A stretch of DNA of 62,165 bases, counting the filler, from Candidatus Delongbacteria bacterium (GTDB lineage: Bacteria; UBA4055), in NCBI GenBank assembly GCA_016937995.1. It is 3 parts of 3 records of this genome, joined end to end, with 100 filler letters (N's around TTAATTAATTAA, not from the genome) between each part and the next. Parts side by side here need not be neighbours in the genome. Positions count along the whole stretch, not along the records: positions 1 to 27,635 come from JAFGVM010000064.1; positions 27,736 to 44,276 come from JAFGVM010000065.1; 1 more part is not named here. One strand, 5' to 3'. Below are positions 20,796 to 29,660 of this stretch, piece by piece. The notes below the pieces were generated by a model, which was not told the DNA's origin, ran no database searches, and saw only the letters and a list, made by a program, of their open reading frames with translations. Position 1 is the stretch's first letter. Each line of letters opens with the position of its first letter. The position numbers were made by a program, and so were the translations under genes.

Positions 20796-21383
20796 GTGAG
20801 CATTTTAGCAGAAATATTTTCTTCAAAAGTTCGGTCTGAATATTTTAGAATTTTATTCGGACTGGAAAGTAAAGAGTATCATCTTCGGGAAATTCAAAGA
20901 CTTTCCGGTTTTGCAATTGGTTCTGTCAGGCAAGAGGCTCAGAAGTTGACAAAACTTGAACTGATCCTTAAACGGATAGATGGGAACAGAACCTATTATT
21001 CTGCAAATAAAAATCATCCGCTATACTCAGTTTTTCATGATCTTGTTATGAAAACAAATGGATTGGCAGATGTTCTCAAGAATTCTTTAAATGTTGAATC
21101 GATTGATTATGCTTTCATTTTTGGATCAATAGCATCCGGAGAAGAAAGACCTGAGAGTGATGTAGATCTTTTTGTGATAGGCAAGATCGGATTAAGAGAG
21201 CTGAGTAAACTTTTAAAAGAAGCAAATACCATTATTGATAGAGAAATAAATCCTTATACAATATCTATGGAAGATTTTATTCAACGCAAGAACGAGAATG
21301 ATCACTTTATATCAAGGGTCTTAAACTCTTCAAAAATTATTATTAAAGGAAGCATCGATGACATTGAAAAACTGGGAGAGTAA
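20796..21383 (+). CDS. wHTH + minimal nucleotidyltransferase (MNT) antitoxin
   Basis: N-terminal HTH (YHLREIQRLSG...SVRQE) and nucleotidyltransferase motif FGS-x10-DVD. GTG start. Confidence 0.85.
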   Translation: MSILAEIFSSKVRSEYFRILFGLESKEYHLREIQRLSGFAIGSVRQEAQKLTKLELILKRIDGNRTYYSANKNHPLYSVFHDLVMKTNGLADVLKNSLNVESIDYAFIFGSIASGEERPESDVDLFVIGKIGLRELSKLLKEANTIIDREINPYTISMEDFIQRKNENDHFISRVLNSSKIIIKGSIDDIEKLGE

Positions 21384-21798
21384 CGGCTGGCTTAAATCTC
21401 ACAGCTCGAGCAAGCAGGAAATTGAACAACTGCTTCAAATAGTAGATCGTGATATTAAAGATTCCAAGCAAACAGATCTGTCACCGGACTGGAGATTTGG
21501 TATAGCTTATAATGCTGCTTTGAAACTTTGTACTATTTTATTATATTCAGAAGGTTTCATGGCAGAAAGATCTGCAACACATTATCGTACGATCCAGTCA
21601 CTCAGTCTTATACTCGGAAAAGAGAGAGAAGATGATGCAGATTATCTGAATACATGTAGAGCAAAAAGAAATATGGTCGAGTATGATTCTGTCGGTGGTG
21701 CAACTGATGCGGAAGCCGATGAACTGATAGATTTCGTTGGAAATTTAAAAGATGATGTACTTAAATGGTTGAAGATAAATCATCCGGAATATTTATGA
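21358..21798 (+). CDS. HEPN-domain protein, probable toxin of an MNT-HEPN pair
   Basis: Overlaps the MNT gene. AYNAA helix, H in SATHY and an R-N-x3-Y motif (KRNMVEYD). Confidence 0.75.
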   Translation: MTLKNWESNGWLKSHSSSKQEIEQLLQIVDRDIKDSKQTDLSPDWRFGIAYNAALKLCTILLYSEGFMAERSATHYRTIQSLSLILGKEREDDADYLNTCRAKRNMVEYDSVGGATDAEADELIDFVGNLKDDVLKWLKINHPEYL

Positions 21799-22724
21799 AT
21801 AATAAAATCGTAATATTAGGAGCAGGGGCAGTTGGTTCTACTCTTGGAGCCGCTTTGGAGGAGAAGTATTCCGGTTCAGTTACTCTTATCGGTAGAAAAT
21901 CACATGTTGATAAGATAATTTCTGACGGTCTTTCTATTGAAGGAGATGTTTCTAAGAATCTTAAGATCAGTGCTAAGACAAAGATAGATTTCAGCTTAGA
22001 AAATACTTTATTGATCATTTCCACTAAGATAACGACCCTCCCTGGTGCTATTGAAGAGATATTACCATTTGTCACTGATACAACGACGATATTATTGATC
22101 CAGAACGGTTATGGTGCAAAGGATATTGCAATTGAAGCTATTAATGGAAAGATATCTGAGAATAATGTTTATCAGTCGATAATTTCCATGGGTGTTGTTT
22201 TCAGAGAGCCGGGGATAATTGATTTCTGGGGTGGTGGAATAAAAGTAGAGAAACCTTTCACAGAGACAGATTATTCTGAGATATTCAAAGATACGTTCAT
22301 AGATTTCAAAGCCACAAGGAATATTGGTCACGCTATATGGTATAAGCTTGTGATTAATAGCGTTGTAAATCCTTTGTCGGTAATATTAAAAGCTAAGAAC
22401 AAGGTTATAGCAGAAACCCAATATAATGATCTAAAAGAAAAAATATTGAATGAATGTATAGCTGTTGCAAAAAGTGAAGGGTTTGATACAAGTATGACTG
22501 TTGAACAATTCAATTCTTATATTTCAAACGACAACTATACCTCAATGCTGCAGGATTATTTTTATAAGAGAAATAACGAGATAGATCTTATAAACGGAGT
22601 GATAATCAGGTTTGGTGAAAAGAACGGTTTAGATGTTTCAATGAATAAATTGATATTTGATCTGGTTAAATCTATTGAAAAAGTCAATCTGGAAGGGAAA
22701 TCAATATCCAACATACAAGGATAA
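21795..22724 (+). CDS. panE: 2-dehydropantoate 2-reductase
   Basis: GAGAVG Rossmann motif, QNG, WYKLVINSVVNP, SMLQD...EID..NG. Start reassigned to ATG 21795 (ATGA overlap with the HEPN stop). Confidence 0.88.
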   Translation: MNNKIVILGAGAVGSTLGAALEEKYSGSVTLIGRKSHVDKIISDGLSIEGDVSKNLKISAKTKIDFSLENTLLIISTKITTLPGAIEEILPFVTDTTTILLIQNGYGAKDIAIEAINGKISENNVYQSIISMGVVFREPGIIDFWGGGIKVEKPFTETDYSEIFKDTFIDFKATRNIGHAIWYKLVINSVVNPLSVILKAKNKVIAETQYNDLKEKILNECIAVAKSEGFDTSMTVEQFNSYISNDNYTSMLQDYFYKRNNEIDLINGVIIRFGEKNGLDVSMNKLIFDLVKSIEKVNLEGKSISNIQG

Positions 22725-22727
22725 ACC

Positions 22728-22799
22728 GTAAAGACGTCGCACTGCTACGTCTCGTATAAAATAAGATTGCCACTCCCGATAAATCGGGAACGCAATGAC
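22728..22799. repeat. Composite REP cassette (GTAG-type and ATGAC-tagged)
   Basis: GTAAAGACGTcGCA-c-TGCtACGTCTC, then AGATTGC..TCCCGATAAATCGGGA..GCAATGAC. Confidence 0.75.
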
Positions 22800-22819
22800 A
22801 AAATAGCAAGGGAGTATTG

Positions 22820-23605
22820 ATGTCAGGTGAAATATTTATTTTGTTCTTAACAGGGATCGTGGCAGGTTTTCTCAGTGGATTTCTCGGTATAGGTGGCGGA
22901 ATTGTAACTGTCCCGGTGATAATTTATTTCCTTGAAGGAAAAGTACCTGACGAAAATCTTTTTTTGGCAGCATCTACAATTTCTCTGGCAGTGATAATAT
23001 TCTCAGCAGCAAACGCATCTCTGAAACATATAAAGCATAAGAATTTTTACAAGAAAGCACTCATTCCTATTGCATTAGGATCAATAATAGGACCTATCCC
23101 CGGAAATTATATCTGCTATGTCATATCTGATAAATCGAGAATAATTTTCTTTGCAGCAGTTATTTTCTTACTGGCAATAAAAATACTCTGGTTCAGAAAT
23201 CAGGATGAATCAGTTAAAGCAAATTTCAATTTCTGGCTGATGTTATCAGCAGGTATAGTAATGGGTATGATATCATCAATGACAGGTCTTGGTGGCGGAG
23301 CTGTTTTGGTTCCAATGTTAACAGTATTCCTGCACTTTGATATAAAAAAAGCAATTGGTATTTCGACTATAGTAATGATATTTACAGCTGCATCAGGTAT
23401 AATTGGGAGAGCTATCACAGGTATTAGCAGTTATCTCAGCTGGGATGTATTTGTACCGTTCTTTCTTGCAATAACAGTAGGAACATTATTATCTGCAAGA
23501 TTGGGAGCAACGGTTAATATTAGAAGTAAGAGTAAGAATGTTAAGGTGTTTGCAGCGACATTGTATTTCATCGTGGCGTTTAAGATGATCTACAAAATTT
23601 TGTAG
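22820..23605 (+). CDS. TauE/SafE (TSUP) family permease
   Basis: Duplicated G-x-G-x-GGG-x3-VP motifs and about 8 TM segments. Confidence 0.88.
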   Translation: MSGEIFILFLTGIVAGFLSGFLGIGGGIVTVPVIIYFLEGKVPDENLFLAASTISLAVIIFSAANASLKHIKHKNFYKKALIPIALGSIIGPIPGNYICYVISDKSRIIFFAAVIFLLAIKILWFRNQDESVKANFNFWLMLSAGIVMGMISSMTGLGGGAVLVPMLTVFLHFDIKKAIGISTIVMIFTAASGIIGRAITGISSYLSWDVFVPFFLAITVGTLLSARLGATVNIRSKSKNVKVFAATLYFIVAFKMIYKIL

Positions 23606-23637
23606 ATCATAATTGAGAATGGAAAATGGAGAATTGT

Positions 23638-23737
23638 GTAGAGACGCAACACTTTGCGTCTCAATACACGAAACGAACAACAGATTAAACAAATAAGTTC
23701 AACAAAAAAAAAGATTCTGAAATAAATTCAGAATGAC
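23638..23737. repeat. Composite REP cassette (GTAG-type and ATGAC-tagged)
   Basis: GTAGAGACGCAA-cact-TTGCGTCTC and AGATTCTGAA-ataaa-TTCAGAATGAC. Confidence 0.75.
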
Positions 23738-23745
23738 GAGAGAAA

Positions 23746-25278
23746 ATGACAGGAATTTCAAAAAATATTATAAAGATCTTCACTGGAACGTTCTTTTCAA
23801 GGATCTTCGGTTTTATCCGCGAGATTGTTGTAAGTGCTTATTTTGGCACAGGTCGTGTAGCTGATGCATTTACTTTTGCCCTGATGTTCCCGAACCTGTT
23901 CAGGCAGATACTCGGTGAGGATATGGTCGAAAGAGCTTTTATGCCGCCTTTCAAGACCATATATGATGAATGCAATAAAGAGAAAGCATGGAAATTCGTT
24001 TCAGTGTCTTTCAACTGGTTCTTTTTTTCTCTGCTGGGAATAATGACATTGTTATACCTGATAACTCCATTGGCATTTATGCTGATTCAACATTTTGGAA
24101 TAGATTCAGGTTTTGATTATGCTCTTGCAATGAAATTAATATATATACTTCTTCCGTTCATGCTGTTCATAGGGATTGCCGCTTTTGTAGGAAGTATGCT
24201 GAATTTCTTTGAAAGGAACTGGATCTTTGGTTTTGCACCTATGATGCTTAGCATTGGTGTGATCGCAGGAATAATATTTTTAAAACCTGTTATCGGTGAT
24301 TATTCTATTGCAGTAGGATATGTTCTCGGAGCACTTCTTCAATTACTAGTTCAATTACCGTTCATCTATAGCAAAAAATTCAAAAGCGAGACAGGATTAA
24401 AGCATGATCTGGTATTGAAAGATCATGAGAATGATTTTTCTGTGATAAAGCGTGAGAGTAAAGTTATTTCTCTGAATGCGGTTTTCAACAAAAGTACAGA
24501 GTTCTTCGGTAGAATGCTGGCTACAACTTTAGCTGCAGGGGCAACATCTTCTCTGTTTTATGCCAACAGAATATTTCAATTACCTTTTGCGATAATATCT
24601 TTACCTATTGCCAGAGGTATAAATCCTGTTCTTAACAAAATGAAAGCTACAGGTGATTTTAGTAATTTCAATAGAACCTTCAAAAAAGGGATCGATCTAT
24701 ATCTGATGTTCTTTATTCCGATCACTGTTATTTGTTTAACTTCTTCAGATGAGATCATTGATCTGATCCTGAGAAGAAAAGCTTTTGATGCTAATTCTGT
24801 AGCATTGACCTCAGATGCTCTTAGAATGTATTCATTGGGTCTTTTACCTATGAGTTTTGTAGGTTATTATGTCAGAGTGATGTCACTGGTCAATAAGAAT
24901 ATCCATGCCCTGAAAGTATCTATCACTTGTGCAATTGCGAATATTATTTTAGCATATATCCTTGCGAAACATACTCCACTTTCACATTCAGGGATAGCTT
25001 TGGCATCCTCATTGTCATTTTATTTGAATATGATGATGATGGACTATTTCACAAAAAAAGAGTTAAAAGATATGATCGACCCAACGATGAGATACTTCTT
25101 TGCACTTAAAAATTTAGTGGCAATTTTGATAGCTGTAGGTTTAGTTCTGTTTTTAAATAGTCATGTTTTTACCGGGATGAATTTCTTTGATGGGAAGTTG
25201 CAGGCTTTTGTGATGCTATCGATAAAGTCAGGGATAGTCGGGATTGTTTTTTATGTTTATTATAAATTCGTCAAGTAG
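23746..25278 (+). CDS. murJ: Lipid II flippase MurJ (MviN)
   Basis: SRIFGFIRE, ADAF...PNLFR, YANRIFQLP and about 14 TM segments. Confidence 0.92.
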   Translation: MTGISKNIIKIFTGTFFSRIFGFIREIVVSAYFGTGRVADAFTFALMFPNLFRQILGEDMVERAFMPPFKTIYDECNKEKAWKFVSVSFNWFFFSLLGIMTLLYLITPLAFMLIQHFGIDSGFDYALAMKLIYILLPFMLFIGIAAFVGSMLNFFERNWIFGFAPMMLSIGVIAGIIFLKPVIGDYSIAVGYVLGALLQLLVQLPFIYSKKFKSETGLKHDLVLKDHENDFSVIKRESKVISLNAVFNKSTEFFGRMLATTLAAGATSSLFYANRIFQLPFAIISLPIARGINPVLNKMKATGDFSNFNRTFKKGIDLYLMFFIPITVICLTSSDEIIDLILRRKAFDANSVALTSDALRMYSLGLLPMSFVGYYVRVMSLVNKNIHALKVSITCAIANIILAYILAKHTPLSHSGIALASSLSFYLNMMMMDYFTKKELKDMIDPTMRYFFALKNLVAILIAVGLVLFLNSHVFTGMNFFDGKLQAFVMLSIKSGIVGIVFYVYYKFVK

Positions 25279-25455
25279 GATCGAACACATATAATTTGAC
25301 AGAGTTGGTTAGTTGATTACTTGCAACCAACTAACTTATGTGTTCGACCGGTAGAGTTGTAGGGAATGGTTTCAAACCATTCCCTTTATTTTTTACAGTC
25401 AGGTTGTTCCACAGGTTGAAACCTGTGGTTACAGTAGTATAATCCCGTTGGGATT
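25275..25455. repeat. Cluster of palindromic repeats after murJ
   Basis: GTAG..TCGAACACATA...TATGTGTTCGA; GTAGGGAATGGTT-tc-AAACCATTCCCT; CCACAGGTT-ga-AACCTGTGG; AATCCC-gtt-GGGATT. Confidence 0.75.
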
Positions 25456-25589
25456 AGATTAATACTCAGTCAAAAGATTATCATTAATACGCTTATTCTA
25501 TGGGATTATATATAATAAATAACATTGTTTTTAACCTGACCCTTTAATATATTACTTATTGTTATTAATTATAAGGAAAGTACTTAGCT

Positions 25590-26903
25590 TTGAATAAAAC
25601 ATTTTATATAGAGACATACGGCTGTCAGATGAATATCGTTGACAGTGAGATCGTGACATCTATTCTGATCAAAGCTGGATTTAAGCTTGTTAAGCATATC
25701 AAGGAAGCTAATATTCTGCTTTTAAACACTTGTGCGATCAGAGAGAAGGCTGTTGAGAGGGTGATCAACAAAATGAAGCATCATAAGAGTCTCAAAAATA
25801 CAGGCAAACTTGAAATTGCAGGTATTCTGGGATGTATTCCTGAGCATACCGGAGATGAATTGAAATCAAAGCTTGATTTTATTAAACTTCAAGTAGGACC
25901 GGACAAATACAGAACTTTACCTGAACTGATCAAAAAAATATACAGAGAGAAGACATATTTCGAAGAACTGGATTTCGACATAGATGAAAATTATGAAGAT
26001 GTAACTCCTTACAGAAGTGAAAATACAAATGCCTTTATATCTGTGATGAGAGGTTGTAACAATTTTTGTTCTTATTGTGTTGTTCCTTATGTTCGGGGCA
26101 GGGAAAAAAGTAGATCAATGGATTCTATCATAGCAGAAGTAGAACAAACACTTGCTGAAGGTATTTCTGAGATAACATTACTGGGTCAGAATGTAAATTC
26201 ATACGACTATGAAGGTGTCAGATTCCCGGAATTACTTCAAAAAGTTGCTGATGTGAAAGGTTTGAAAAGATTAAAATTCGCAACTTCTCATGCAAAAGAT
26301 CTTTCTGAGGAACTGGTCGATGTAATTGTCAGAAATAAAAATATCTCAAACAGTTTCCATTTACCTTTTCAAGCAGGAAGCAATACAGTTCTAAAGAATA
26401 TGAACCGGGGTTATACTATCGAAGAATATCTCGCTAAAATAGATATGATAAGACGAAAGTTACCTGATATAGCTATAACGACAGATGTTATCGTTGGTTT
26501 TCCGGGAGAGACTGAAGAAGATTTTCAGCAAACTGTAGAAGTATTGAAGAACACAGAATTTGATAATGCATTTATGTTCATTTACTCAGAGAGAAAGAAT
26601 ACAGCATCTGCAAAAAATTTTACTGATGATGTTCCAAAAGAAGAGAAAGGTAGAAGGCAGCAATTTATCGCTGATCTGCAAAAGGAGATAGGATTAGAAC
26701 AATTACGAAAGGATATAGGTAAAACAAGAGAAGTTCTGATAGAATCTCTCAGTAAAAAGAGAAAAGAGCAGTATAAAGGTAGAACTGAGCAGAACAGGAT
26801 AGTTGTGTTTGACAAGATCACAAACTTCAATGTTGGAGATTTTGTCAAAGTAAAGATAATCAAGGCTGAAGGTGTGACATTATTCGGTGAAATTGTTAAA
26901 TAA
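25590..26903 (+). CDS. miaB: tRNA-2-methylthio-N6-dimethylallyladenosine synthase
   Basis: TYGCQMN, NTCAIREKA, radical-SAM motif GCNNFCSYC, C-terminal TRAM domain. TTG start. Confidence 0.95.
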   Translation: MNKTFYIETYGCQMNIVDSEIVTSILIKAGFKLVKHIKEANILLLNTCAIREKAVERVINKMKHHKSLKNTGKLEIAGILGCIPEHTGDELKSKLDFIKLQVGPDKYRTLPELIKKIYREKTYFEELDFDIDENYEDVTPYRSENTNAFISVMRGCNNFCSYCVVPYVRGREKSRSMDSIIAEVEQTLAEGISEITLLGQNVNSYDYEGVRFPELLQKVADVKGLKRLKFATSHAKDLSEELVDVIVRNKNISNSFHLPFQAGSNTVLKNMNRGYTIEEYLAKIDMIRRKLPDIAITTDVIVGFPGETEEDFQQTVEVLKNTEFDNAFMFIYSERKNTASAKNFTDDVPKEEKGRRQQFIADLQKEIGLEQLRKDIGKTREVLIESLSKKRKEQYKGRTEQNRIVVFDKITNFNVGDFVKVKIIKAEGVTLFGEIVK

Positions 26904-26923
26904 TTTATATAAGGAGATAAAAA

Positions 26924-27343
26924 ATGACCTATGCAAAAAGGATATTCCAGCTGGTCTTACTATTCGCAATAATCTGGCTGACGATACAGAATTACAGTGC
27001 TAAAACAGATATTAAGGTCTTTAACAAAGAGATCACTGATGCCTCAGTTATTTTAGTAATATTTTTTTCTCTGATGATAGGCGGACTGATCTCGGCATTT
27101 TTCTCTGCATTAAAAGACTTTAAGAATTCTAAAGAGCATAGCAGAGTATTAAAAGAGTTAAAACTTACTAATAAGGATCTTGAGATCAAGACCAAAGACC
27201 TCCTTATAGCAGTTAATGACCTAGAAAAATTAAAAGTTGAGAATACTTCATTGTCGAATGAAATTAAAACCCTTAAAGAGGTAATGAAATATCCTAATAA
27301 GGCTATTAACACTGAAGAAGGTGGAAAGTTAATTGATTACTAG
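26924..27343 (+). CDS. LapA/DUF1049-like membrane protein with a coiled-coil tail
   Basis: Two TM helices with QN after the first, a coiled-coil C-terminus and an AGGAG RBS. Confidence 0.65.
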   Translation: MTYAKRIFQLVLLFAIIWLTIQNYSAKTDIKVFNKEITDASVILVIFFSLMIGGLISAFFSALKDFKNSKEHSRVLKELKLTNKDLEIKTKDLLIAVNDLEKLKVENTSLSNEIKTLKEVMKYPNKAINTEEGGKLIDY

Positions 27344-27363
27344 GTGATCGATCACACGAATTG

Positions 27364-27454
27364 AACAAGGTGGCTTTAGCCCCTTGCAGTGATAGAATTT
27401 AAAAGAAAGATCCTGAATTCCCGATAAATCGGGACAAGCCGAGTTCAGGATGAC
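27364..27454. repeat. Palindromic repeats before nadB
   Basis: CAAGGtGGCT-tt-AGCCCCTTG, then AGATCCTGAA...TTCAGGATGAC containing TCCCGATAAATCGGGA, identical to 22774-22789. Confidence 0.7.
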
Positions 27455-27467
27455 AAAGAGACGAAAA

Positions 27468-27635
27468 ATGAAAGAAAAAATTTACGATTATCTTGTAATA
27501 GGAACCGGTGCAGCTGGTCTGTTCTTTTCGATCAATGCATCAAAACACGGAAAAGTTCTGCTTTTATCCAAGAATAAGATCAAAGATTCAAACACCTATC
27601 TGGCTCAGGGGGGTATTGCATCAGTTGAAAAGCCC
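27468..27635 (+). CDS. nadB: L-aspartate oxidase, 5' fragment cut by the contig end
   Basis: YDYLVIGTGAAGL...SNTYLAQGGIA. The ORF-track start at 27450 lies in the ATGAC repeat tag, so 27468 is preferred. Confidence 0.8.
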
Positions 27636-27735
27636 NNNNNNNNNNNNNNNNNNNNNNNNNNNNNNNNNNNNNNNNNNNNTTAATTAATTAANNNNNNNNN
27701 NNNNNNNNNNNNNNNNNNNNNNNNNNNNNNNNNNN
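27636..27735. other. Artificial contig linker (44 N + TTAATTAATTAA + 44 N)
   Basis: Exactly 100 nt, stops in all six frames, identical to the linker at 44277. Confidence 0.97.
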
Positions 27736-27905
27736 GTACTCCTTTTTTAAGTTTGTGTTTTTGGTTTGGTCGACTGTAATATAAGCTTTTTAAAAGTGAG
27801 TACCATGTCTTTTTAGCGGACATTTATCCCTTTTTTCTTTACTTGATTTATTTATTGGAACGACTTATACATTAAGAAACAAAAAACAAAATATAGGGGT
27901 TAGAG

Positions 27906-28223
27906 ATGTTTAGAAAATTTAGCAGTACGATTTTTATCTTAATATTTGCAATTTCATTATTAATTTCAAGCTGTGGAAAAACAGATGAAGTGGATATAAT
28001 GTTGGCTCAGTACGAGAAGATGATCGAAAAGTACATGCCACTGATGGAAAAAGCCTCGAAAGGTGCGGTTGAAGGACTTGATGAGGAAATGGCAAAAATG
28101 ACAAAAGAAATGGAAGATTGGGGTAAGAAGTGGGAACCGATGATCAAGGAACTTAGCGCTGAGCAGACAAAAAAAGTTCAGAAAAGAATGATGGAAATAG
28201 CACAGAAAATGTATCAGAAATAA
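27906..28223 (+). CDS. Small helical lipoprotein, function unknown
   Basis: Signal peptide with lipobox LISS-C and a Met/Lys/Glu-rich amphipathic helical body. Confidence 0.7.
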   Translation: MFRKFSSTIFILIFAISLLISSCGKTDEVDIMLAQYEKMIEKYMPLMEKASKGAVEGLDEEMAKMTKEMEDWGKKWEPMIKELSAEQTKKVQKRMMEIAQKMYQK

Positions 28224-28241
28224 GATCATAACTATAAGTCA

Positions 28242-29471
28242 ATGCAGTATCAAAAGTTCAGAATATTACATCTTCTCAGTCAGAGACCTGACTCTACAGG
28301 TAGTGGTTTTTACGTACAGGCAATGCTGAAAGAATCTGAAGCTAAAGCACATGATAATTATCTTTTTGCTGGTCTTCATTCAAATGATGTTCCAGAGATA
28401 AACACAGTTTCTGATGATAAAAAGGAATTTGTTCATTTTAACGGGAATGATATTTCTTATCAGATCGTAGGAATGAGTGACGTTATGCCTTATGAAAGTC
28501 GGAAATTCTGTGATCTGACTGAAGCCGAGTTGGATGAGTATGAATCTGTGTTCAGAAACAGGATCGAAAATATAATCGATAAATTCAGACCGGACATAAT
28601 CCACAGTCATCACCTCTGGTTGTTAACTTCACTTGTTAAAAGAAGTTTTACCAATATCCCGGTAGTTGCTTCATGTCACGGTTCAGATATCAGGCAATTT
28701 AGAAAATGTGTTCATCTAAGAGAGAGGGTTTTGAACGGATGCAAAGATCTTGAAGGAGTTTTAGCACTAAGTAATATTCAGAAAAATGAAATAATAAAAC
28801 TATACGGTTTCTCGGCAGATAAAGTACATGTTGTTGGAGCAGGATTTAATGAAGAATTATTCTCTGTTTCCGAGAAACCGGATCCTGATCCGATTCAGAT
28901 AGTTTACGCAGGAAAGCTTAGCAGATCAAAAGGGGTGCCTTGGATGCTTAAAGCTTTTTCAAGGATAAAGGAAATTAACTGGAAATTACATTTGGTTGGA
29001 AGCGGAAGCGGGAAGGAAAAGGAAGAATGTCTGGAACTGTCAAAAGAACTTAAAGAAAATGTTGTAATCCATGGTGCTGTTCATCAGCACGAACTAGCCT
29101 TGATCATGAAGCATTCTCATATCTTTATCCTTCCATCCTTTTACGAAGGACTCCCATTAGTTGTACTCGAAGCTTTAGCCAGTGGTTGTAGAGTTATTGC
29201 AACAGATCTGCCGGGTATCAGAGAAATATCAAAACATATCGAAAAGCAAAATTTAAACATGGTCAAAACACCGAGACTACATTCGGTTGATACTCCATTT
29301 TCTGAAGATGAAGAAGATTTTGTCAGTAATCTTAAAAAATCGATAATATCGGCTATTAAGAGTGTTACTGATACCCCGGTCGTAAAGGAAAAGGGGATCA
29401 ATCTTTTTACCTGGATCAGTGTTTTTGAGAAAGTAGAAGCCGTATATAAAAAGGTTTTAACAATTTCGTAG
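28242..29471 (+). CDS. Glycosyltransferase family 4 (GT-B)
   Basis: PDIIHSHH, YAGKL..SKG and LPSFYEGLPLVVLEALASG. Confidence 0.9.
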   Translation: MQYQKFRILHLLSQRPDSTGSGFYVQAMLKESEAKAHDNYLFAGLHSNDVPEINTVSDDKKEFVHFNGNDISYQIVGMSDVMPYESRKFCDLTEAELDEYESVFRNRIENIIDKFRPDIIHSHHLWLLTSLVKRSFTNIPVVASCHGSDIRQFRKCVHLRERVLNGCKDLEGVLALSNIQKNEIIKLYGFSADKVHVVGAGFNEELFSVSEKPDPDPIQIVYAGKLSRSKGVPWMLKAFSRIKEINWKLHLVGSGSGKEKEECLELSKELKENVVIHGAVHQHELALIMKHSHIFILPSFYEGLPLVVLEALASGCRVIATDLPGIREISKHIEKQNLNMVKTPRLHSVDTPFSEDEEDFVSNLKKSIISAIKSVTDTPVVKEKGINLFTWISVFEKVEAVYKKVLTIS

Positions 29472-29550
29472 GGGAAGGCTTACACGCCTTCCCTCGTTCG
29501 TATTTAATTGGGATATTTTAAAGAGGTTGACCGTGGAAGGTCACCCCTAC
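29468..29550. repeat. Inverted GTAG REP doublet (REPIN-like)
   Basis: GTAGGGGAAGGC-ttacac-GCCTTCCC ... GGtTGACC-gtggaa-GGTCACCCCTAC. Confidence 0.8.
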
Positions 29551-29660
29551 GAATACGATTAAAACCTTAAATATATCACCCATCATAAAATCTAACATAA
29601 AATATTCGTAACTTATGGTTGTAGAGATATACAAACAATGCTAGATCGATGGGGTGGAAT

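Noticed and set aside
27680-27691. TTAATTAATTAA palindrome (also 44321-44332)
   Set aside because: It is an artificial linker centred in N runs.
27736-27830. Minus-strand SD (AGGAG) at the contig edge and a TGTC...GACA dyad
   Set aside because: The gene it would serve is outside the contig, and the dyad is too short to call.
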